A model generated the notes under the pieces. It was not told the DNA's origin. It ran no database searches and saw only the letters and a program-made list of their open reading frames with translations. Shown piece after piece: positions 55,188 to 64,000 of a stretch of 64,000 nucleotides of DNA (within the stretch, counting starts at the first letter, position 1; the number at the start of each line of letters is the position of its first letter). The position numbers were made by a program, and so were the translations under genes. Source of the stretch: the human T2T-CHM13v2.0 reference genome, Homo sapiens; NCBI RefSeq assembly GCF_009914755.1, contig NC_060932.1. One strand, written 5' to 3'.

Positions 55188-56940
55188 TTTTCATTTATCC
55201 TTCTCAGAACTCAGTGTCACTTTTTATCAGCATACTTAAGTTTTTCTTTGGTTTAGTGAAATTGACTTCAAGATTTGTATTACTGTTATCATTATTATCC
55301 CATCCCCAGTAGAAACTCTATAGGGAGGGATGCTGAACCTCTTCAGTCTTTTACATCTCATGCCTTTTTTAATATACTTTTTTTAACAGCCCTTTTTCTC
55401 TACATCCTGGGAGAGTTCCTTGATTTTGTCAAGATCATCAGCTTGACTTTTACTCTAATTTTTCTAATATTTAGTCATTTTTTCAGTCATTTATTGAAAT
55501 TAATTGAATATTAATTTATTCAGTCATGTATTGAAATTCTTATTTCCACAACTACTTTTTTTCCTAAATAATCATTTATTATAATAGATTGTTCTCATTT
55601 ATGTATGTGCAACTGATATGGTTTGGCTCTGTATCCCCACTCAAATTTCATGTGGAATTGTAATCCCCATGTGTTGGGGGTAGCCTGCTGGGAGGTAATT
55701 GAATCAATGGGGCTGCACTTCCCCCTTGCTGTTCTCCTGATAGAATTCTCATGTGACCTTGTTGTTTAATAAGCGTGTGGCTCTTCCCCTTTGCTCTCGC
55801 TCTCTCTCATCACCATGTAAGACATGCCTTGTTTCTCCTTGGCCTTCCACCAAGACTGTAAGTCTCCTGAGGCCTCCCCAGTAGTGTGGAACTATAAGTC
55901 AATTAAACATCTTTTCTTCATAAATGACCCAGTCTCAGGTAGTTCGTTATAGCAGTGTGAAAATAGACTAATACAGCATCTTCTTGTATCTCTAAGAATC
56001 TTCAGTTTTTAAAATTCTTTTCTCTACTTTGAGTTATCTCTTTTTCCAGGATCATGATTTTTCTATTTATACATCACGATCTTCTTTGATTATTGTAACT
56101 TTCTATTTATGCATTATGATCTTCTCTGATGATTGTAATTAAAAGCATAGCGATCCTCCATTGCCAGTTTACATCTGTGGTGTCATATCCTAGATGGACA
56201 AGTTAAGGGGGTTGTCAATACTTCTGACAGGCCCCTTTTCTCAAGGCAGGGTGACCATAGACACTGCAAGTGGGTGTCTGTGTCCACAGGAAAGCTTCTC
56301 CAAGGAGTGCCCTACAGGAAACCAAATAAGGAAGGTTTGACTCATGGCTGGAGACCATAGTGTATTTCATTTTTAGGTAGAGTTGCCCTTTCTTTTTAAC
56401 TTTTCTATTGTCTGGCGTGGCTGTCCTGACTTGTCTCAACTTTACTTCCTTCTCAAGCCCCACACCCACTCCTACATCCTTCTCAGGCAGATCACCCAAG
56501 TCAGTCTATTTATGGTATGTTAGTCTGGCACTAAAGGCACCACCAATATGCTTGGTAAGTTCACAAACTTAGAGGAGTGGCCCTGTAGGCTCAGCTGTTT
56601 GGACTACAATCTTTTCAATAAATACCCTGGCCGCTGCCCCATGCACCCTCCTGGTCTTACTTCTCAGCTTCACTCTCCCCCAGAATGTTCTTGTCAACTC
56701 TGGCTCTGATCTCCAGGAGGCAAATTTTCCCTGTTATTCGCTCTCCATCTGATCCCATTCATTTTTTATGTTCCAGTATTTCCTCAAATGATCTAGTCTG
56801 TTATGGATTCATTTTCCTTGTTTCCAGTACTGTTATGGCATTATTTGTTTTTATTCATTATTTTCAGTCACTTCAACTGGACTTAGGGAGGGAAAGAGAA
56901 ATGATGTCTGTGTTCAACGGTCCATGTTGAATTCTGTCCC
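54760..56940 (-). mobile_element. Very old L1M/HAL1-like fragments containing (GGAT)(GGTT)n at 54998-55053 and (TTTA)n at 55151-55190
   Basis: T-rich antisense L1-like text; microsatellites seen directly. Confidence 0.45.
55614..55975 (+). mobile_element. THE1D solo LTR
   Basis: tgatatggtttggctctg...ctcaggtagttc...gactaataca; TSD gcaac/gcatc. Confidence 0.92.
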
Positions 56941-57811
56941 AGAATTTTGAAATTCTCAGTTGGAACACTACATTCTCCCACAATTTAGTGTAAATATTAC
57001 AAGTGTGTCCACATACGTGAAGTCATGTACCTAGTGACTTACCAGCTCTGGGAACAGGTGAGGAAGATCACATGGATGCTATCTTCAGCAGTTCCGCTCT
57101 GCCCTCTCAGCAATTCCTCCACCTCCATACACTTAACATCTCAAACATCCACCTCCACAAATAACGAACTCTGACAAAATGAGAAAGAAGACCTAGAGGC
57201 TGCAGGTCTGACCAAGGCTCATGGAGATAAATATACAATAACAAGAGCAGTTTTACAAGAGGGTGGAAATGTGATCATCTTATGTTGGCTGCATGAGACT
57301 GAGAGTTGAAGTTATTTCCTCAAGGCTACGCTGTAATTAGCAATGCACTCAGGAATTTAGGACTCCAATCCAGATCTTTTTATACTCAGATTATGGCTTT
57401 TCTACACTTTATGTTGTTTCTTTTTCCTTTTTTTTTTTCAGTGAATCAATAGAGCAAAATATTTCCTCTCTCTTTACCCTCACCAATAAGTTACTGTCTT
57501 TTTATTAACCCCTTTTGCCACATAACTGCCTCTCCACATAACATTCAAACATGTACAGTTCAATTGGTTTTGGAATTCTGAGCTATCAGTTTTACTTTTT
57601 GCAATCAGAAGCACTGACACTATCCACTAGCAACAATTCAAGTGAGTTCTACAAATATTATGCACCTAAGAAACAGAAAGCATTGTACTAAATACAACAG
57701 GAAATACTAGAACGAGTAGAGTCAATCAAGAGAATTGAGGGAGAGATAAAGAAGATTAGCTAATTGCAGCCAGTTATTTGAGTCATTTAGAGGACCAGGG
57801 GAGGAGGAAAA

Positions 57812-58204
57812 GTATGGCAGATGACCACTGTCCATGAGCACCTGGGTCTGCTCCCACTTCAGGCATTTCTCAGCTCCTTTGCATTTAGGTAGATGCAGGT
57901 GAATAGTTCCCGCTAATAGACTATGAATACAAATGGCACATGTCACCTTCAGGCTGAGAAGAACAGCACAAATGATTCTCCAGATATTCTTTCCTGCTGT
58001 GGCAACTGAAGTGACCATGTGTTTCAGTCATTCAACCACAAGGTGAGGGAGTCTCTCTGAGCTTGGGACCCCAGTGACTGTGTGTCACACAGTCTCCTGT
58101 CAACCCACATGGCACTGGTAGTGTGAGCTGGAAATAAATATCTGTTCTGTTAAGCCACTGACATTTTTGTGACCAGGGCACAATGTAGTCTATCCCAACT
58201 AACA
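57812..58204 (+). mobile_element. MLT1I-like MaLR LTR
   Basis: catttctcagctcctttgca...tgtcacc...gaaataaa...tgttaagccactga...ctatccc. Confidence 0.65.
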
Positions 58205-59889
58205 AGAGGAGCCACTTAAAGAAACTGAGGAGGAGTCATAGAGAAATGAGAAGATAGAGAGGAAAAGGGCATCGTGATTCCAGATAATCATTTCATCAAC
58301 AACTTGTCCTTAATACAGCTTCACTCTACTTCAACTATTTCCCTGAATCCAGAAAGCATGTACAAAAGCACTACATCACAAAAGTATAAACCTGAAATAT
58401 GAAAACTAAATGCATATAAGCAGACCAAAATATTTACAAGATGTAAAACATTAAATAAATAAACCATTAGAATAGTCCTATTGAATTGAGCAAATGAAAT
58501 CCAATAGAACAGCTGTTAATATTGCCTTCCCTCATAAAGAGAAACCTTGATGACTCATTTAGAGCTTATAAATTGTAGCATTTTCCCTGCTTGTTATAAA
58601 TAGAGTTTTTCCATCCAGTCTGTTGTTTAGTATATATTGCTAGACTTCATATACATATTGTTAACAGCGCAAGATCCTACTTGCCCATTCTGTCTCCTAG
58701 ATCTGGAAATCTGCTGTCCCCCAAAGTATCATACATCTCATCCAAGCAAATCCACTAAAATCTGACTGAAAAATGCAGGCATATTAGTGGCAACCAATCT
58801 AATTCCTCCTATTTATTTCTTCATAGTCCTCAATCCAGGATAGTATGCTTTTTAAGAATACGTGTATTTATTGTTCATTACAGAAGAATCATAAGAAGGT
58901 TATTTTTAAGAAATAAAATGTTACCAAGACAGTTGAAAGCTTTTGTGTATTCTTCTGCAATTGCATCCCTCTTCCTTCCTTTGCCTGACATAATCGCATT
59001 TTTATATTGACGCTATCTGCCTAACCTCATTGTCTTAGTGACAATTCAGAAGAAACACCTCTGGCCTTGTTCTCTAGCACCCTGAAGGGTTCACTGGACA
59101 GCTTCCTCCTTTGGTTTGAGCTTCCCAAGGAGTCTTAAGTGAGAGAGCTTTTGTTCTAGTGCCAGCCCTCTGATACCTCTATCAACCAAGTAAGCACCTT
59201 GTCAAGGAGGGGAGGATTTGTACATAGTCCTTCTCTTTACAATATAGGTAATATGACAAAGGTTGAAGATTAATAACATATCACCTACATTTCCTATATT
59301 GGAAATGGTGACAACTAATAATATTTCTGAGTGTTTTAGTCTGAAATTAGGCAGAAAGAAATGAGAAAAGAAAAACATTTGTGGCAGGTCTACCATATCC
59401 TCTTCAATAAAAGCACTAATAATGCTCAATTTTCAAGGGGCATATTATTCAGTGTAGAGCTTGAGGATGGACTCCATTAAGATTTACAGTGTTTTCAGGA
59501 ATTCAGAGCGGAGAAATCCAAGCCACTGCCACAAGGTTGCCACAAGGTTGCCATAAGCAACCTTTGCTTTTTACTAATTTTCTATAAAAATGAATTTTCA
59601 CCCATGAACAGAGGAGCTGAAGACCAGAATAATACACGTAAAGTAAGATGTTAAAGATCTCAAGCAGAAGCTTCTGTATTCTAGATCTTTAAATGTTTGA
59701 GTTCTTCCCTCTGACCATGTACAGTGAAGGCAGTAACAGGATTCTTTGAGAAAACATTGACAAGATGAATGCAAACAGAAGCATGCCACCCTGTCTCCCA
59801 TGTTTTCTTGAAAATGTGTGTAGTAGTAATCTAGTTAGAATCCATAAAATCAACAGTATTTCTTATATTTTTATAATTGATACAAGCAC

Positions 59890-60545
59890 ATTGAAGGAAC
59901 ATTGGCATCATCTAGTGATTTGAACTTGCCTATATTACACAGTAATTCTACACCTAGGTTAGATACCCTGGTATGTATTCTAAGTATATACCCATAAATT
60001 TTCCACAACTAGGATATATATATTTATATGTATATATAAGAATATTCATGGCAGCATTGTTTGTGAGAGCAAAAACTTAAAACTACCAAAGTCCATAAAT
60101 AGAAAACTGGATAAATTTTGGAATATTCATGCCTGGATTATAATACACATAAAAACGAATAAACCATAGTTATACATTTCAACATGGATGAATCTCATAA
60201 GCCTAAAAAAAGATATGTAACAAAATAGTGTTCAGAGTGTAATTTCACTTATTTAAAGGTCAAACTCAGGCTAAACCAAGCAATAAACTGTTTAAGGTTA
60301 ACATACAATCATATAGGGGAAAAGAGTAAAGAAAAGCAGAAGAATAATTCACACAAAATTTATTACAGTGGCTCCTTAAGGAATGAGGAAAGAGGAGGAT
60401 GGAATTTCTGGAGGGACATACAGAAGGCCTCAAAGGAACTGTCAATTTTCTATTTCTGGGTAGCAGGCATATGGTCTATTAGACCTTAACCATACATATG
60501 TTACATATTCCTTTATAAGTAAAATGAATTTCATATAAAATTATT
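59890..60545 (+). mobile_element. L1ME3-like 3' end
   Basis: agaatattcatggcagcattgtttgt, caacatggatgaatctca, taaagaaaagca... Confidence 0.75.
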
Positions 60546-60564
60546 TAATGTGCATAAGAATACT

Positions 60565-60723
60565 TTTTTAAAATGTGTATTCATAAGCCCAACTCTCAGG
60601 GAATCTGTTTCAGTAGGTCTTGAGGGCAAGGGTGCACCTCAGTTTCAGCTTTTTGAAATGAACATCCATATGAACCTGCAAGTGTCCCACGCAGATACAT
60701 GGACCATCCTTTGAGAAATACTG
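60565..60723. mobile_element. MER5-like hAT-Charlie fragment
   Basis: tctgtttcagtaggtct...ggacca...tttgagaaatactg. Confidence 0.6.
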
Positions 60724-62169
60724 CATGATTCGTCCTGAGTTATAAAGTTTTATATCAGAGGTTTACAGATTTTCTTTTTCAAATAAAATCCTACATGATA
60801 CCCCATTATATAAAAAGGATCAAAACAGGAGTTTTGGTTAAAGATTGGGAGAAGTCCCCAAGACTTGCTTATTGGGACTTCCTCTCTCTCTGCAATAGCA
60901 GGTTTCGAAGCAACTCTAGAAGTCACAACTTTATGACCAATGGCAGCAAAACCGCCAGTGTCAATCCCATTCAATATATTTCAAAATAAAAATAAATATC
61001 TTTGTAGGATTGACTGTAAGGCAAAGGCAAGCCGGGAAATAAACCTTGGATACATTTTAACTAGAGTTTATAAATGTGTGTGCTAGTGTGACTTGATTAT
61101 GCACACAAAATTTGCATATATGAAAATAAAATGTCTAGCACATAGTAGGTATGTGATATAGTTTAAGTGAATCAGTACCTGATTCATTCAGAACTCTGCA
61201 TAAAGTTTGGATAAAATAGGATTTAAGACCAGACACTTGCTACTCTGTGATTCTAAGTTTTGGGTGCAATTCACAACATAGTAATAGCCATAGCCACAAT
61301 TTCTTCTACTGGAATGCTTCCAGGCAACAAAAGTAATGGATTTGTTAAGTTACCCGTGGCAAACCACAGCACCCTGAACACCTGCTGAAAGAAAAAATTT
61401 TCTAGTTGCAAATGTAGTTTGAACATGCTGTCTAGAGCAGATCTACTCTGCATGAAGCATGTAGCCAAAGTGAGAAAGGAATGGAATGGAATATTCAAAT
61501 AGGAAAAAATAGGTGGGTGGCTACATATTGGTGTAAATGGAACATTATGTAGAGAAATGTGTTCCTTCTTCTTGAATTTACATTTTATACACAAATCCTA
61601 TAATTAATACTTGGCCATAAGCAGAATTTCACAAAATGGCTTTGGGGACAATTTGCTAAATGGTTGCCACATACAGAGCCCCTCCCCATCAAATACCGAC
61701 CAAGACTTATAGTATCTACATAGCAAAAAGAACACAAAAGTTGGTATTCTGGGTGAAAACTCTTCCCTCATATGCCCATTGGTTTCTGTTGATTCTCTTG
61801 GCCTTCATTCAAGAGAAGCTGGCATGGGCCATTGCCTAGCAACAGCACGCAGTGCACTTTTCTACTAGCCCATAGAAACACTGTCTCTCTGGACCTCATG
61901 CCATTCAGCATCATGGTTTTGTAAAAGGATGTCAATCTCTTAAGAACTTTCCTTCCTTGCTCCAAATAAATGCTGCTTGAAGGAAGAAGTTATTTCAATT
62001 TTCAGCCCTTCATCGCAAACATTGCACTTGACTTAACAAAGACCAGAGAAATAAGAAGGGAGAGCCATCATCAACCCCCGGCTTATCTGACCACTGGCAG
62101 AAGAAACAATATAATCATACAGCCTATGCAATATATTTTCATTGAATGAACTATGGCTGTTTAATGCCA

Positions 62170-62290
62170 TTTATATATTCAACAGATATTTAATGAATGC
62201 CTTCCAATATGCTGACATAATACTAAGTGTTTAGGATATGGTAACTTAACAAGACAGACACTGTTCCTATCCTCATGGAACTTACTTGTC
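62170..62290 (-). mobile_element. L2 3' end
   Basis: attcaacagatatttaatgaatgcc...cctcatggaacttac. Confidence 0.65.
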
Positions 62291-63400
62291 TGTTCTTTAA
62301 TCTCCCTAGAGACTAAATGTTCACCCATAAAAACACATTCTAAGCCCTAGTGTATTTCAGCTGAAAACTAGGTGCTATATTCGTAAGTGTTTTCAAGCAT
62401 GATAGAAATAACTAAAGCAATCTAGTTGGTCAGGGCCAGTGGAATCCAAGTTAAGAAGTCCAGAAAATCTACGTTAGGAAGTCAGATGACCAGCAATCCT
62501 ATCTGTGTTATTATGCCCCACAAAAATGGTAACAGGATCTTTGATACTTATGATCATGTCACAGGATTAAGACTGTCGATCCAAAATTATGGATGAATGT
62601 TTTCAAAGAAGGTATCTCTAAAAGACCAGAAACTAACTTGTCCACAGGTAGAAGAGAGTTAAGGACCTGTGCCCATTGGAGGATGCAGGTTCAAGGATAC
62701 CTAGAGAATGCAAGAGGAGCTTCATTCAAACATCCTCTAACCCATCTGGTGAGAAATATGTTCTCAAATCCTCGACAGAGGTAGGACCAAGAGATCATGA
62801 CAAAGGTATAAAAACCCAAAAGAACTCTAGCTACTTAAGTCTTCCCAAAGAGCCACATCACATAGGAGAAAATTCCTGCTACTTGAGAAAGAACAAAACA
62901 AAGCAACTCGCATGCATCTGGGATTATAAAATAATGACAATATTAACCACAATTACTGAATAAAAGCGTGAGTTACTAAAACCCATTGTAAAGTGACCAG
63001 GGTCACTGGGGCAGGGAGTAGAGAATTAGAGCCAAACACCTAGTGATTTTTTTCAACTTATATGATATGAGTTTCATTGGAAATGTATAGATCTTGAGAG
63101 AGTAGTATATCCCCCAAGTTAATCTAAATATAAACAGCCACTATTCAGATTTTTCACAAGGTAAACCTGAATCCAAAGAACCTACCTGCTCATGAAAGTC
63201 TGGAAGGTATCTTTAGGGCTCTTTGACTGGATCTGACTAGAAACAGATGAGATGGATGAGATAACTTCTACGTGTTTCAGGCGAAAGAGAGAGAGAGAGA
63301 AGACAAAATTTTACCAAAAGGTTGCATTATGAAGAGATTTATTTGGAAACATTCTAGCCTGGTTTTTATCTTGTTTAACCCAAGCTGGGTACTTTCTCCC

Positions 63401-63765
63401 TGATATGGGTTTGCTGCATCCCCACCCAAATCTCATCTTGAGGTGTAGCTCCCATAATCCCCATGTATTGTGGGAGGGACCCAATGGGAAGGAATTGAAT
63501 CATGGGGGCGGGTCTTTCCTGTGTTGTTCTCATGATAGTAAATAAGCCTCACAAGATCTGATGGTTTTATAAAGGGGAACTCTCCTGCACATGCCCTGTC
63601 TTGCCTGCTGCCATGTAAGACATGTCTTGCTTCCCCTTCACCTTCCGCCATGATTGTGAGGCCTCCCAAGCCATGTGGAATTGTGAGTCCATTAAATCTC
63701 TTTCCTTTATAAATTACCCAGTCTTGGGTATGTCTTTATTAGCAGCATGAGAACAGACTAATACA
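63401..63765 (+). mobile_element. THE1C/THE1B solo LTR
   Basis: tgatatgg...tgtagctcccataatcccca...ttattagcagcatgagaacagactaataca; perfect 5-bp TSD ctccc at 63396-63400 and 63766-63770. Confidence 0.95.
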
Positions 63766-64000
63766 CTCCCCAAAATTGTTTAACTAAAAAATAAGAGGCA
63801 ATACAAAGTCCTGTGAAACTTTTTTCCACTTCAGGAAAGAAACATAGTAACAAAGGAAAGCAATCTAATCTTTGTGCTTACATGATGAACAATTTCTTAA
63901 AAAGAGGGAAAGATATTGAAAGAAAGAGAAAGATGCAAAGGAGAACACTCGTTTCCATGGCCTGCATGTATCCAGCTTTATTCTCTCTCATGGCTTTCTT

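Overview
Human-type, AT-rich, non-coding genomic DNA (intergenic or deep intronic). A human-specific AluYb8 with intact target-site duplication (TSD) points to Homo sapiens. I cannot name the locus. No host protein-coding exon, RNA gene, CRISPR array or CpG island is supported. The listed ORFs are chance ORFs or decayed transposon frames (Alu, L1, HSMAR1, Tigger1). The window is a mosaic of interspersed repeats: seven Alus, L1/L2/MIR fragments, MaLR/ERVL solo LTRs (three THE1, MLT2A2, several MLT1) and many DNA transposons, including a two-ended HSMAR1 and a near-full-length Tigger1. I found no evidence of a new biological system. The best second-look items are: an in-frame deletion that removes the HSMAR1 catalytic core but leaves a perfect SETMAR site; a locally templated insertion inside a MER58; LTR promoter/splice architectures with DUX4 motifs; and a roughly 5 kb repeat-poor, motif-rich tract. 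Family names come from recalled consensus sequences, not a database search. Boundaries of old elements are approximate.
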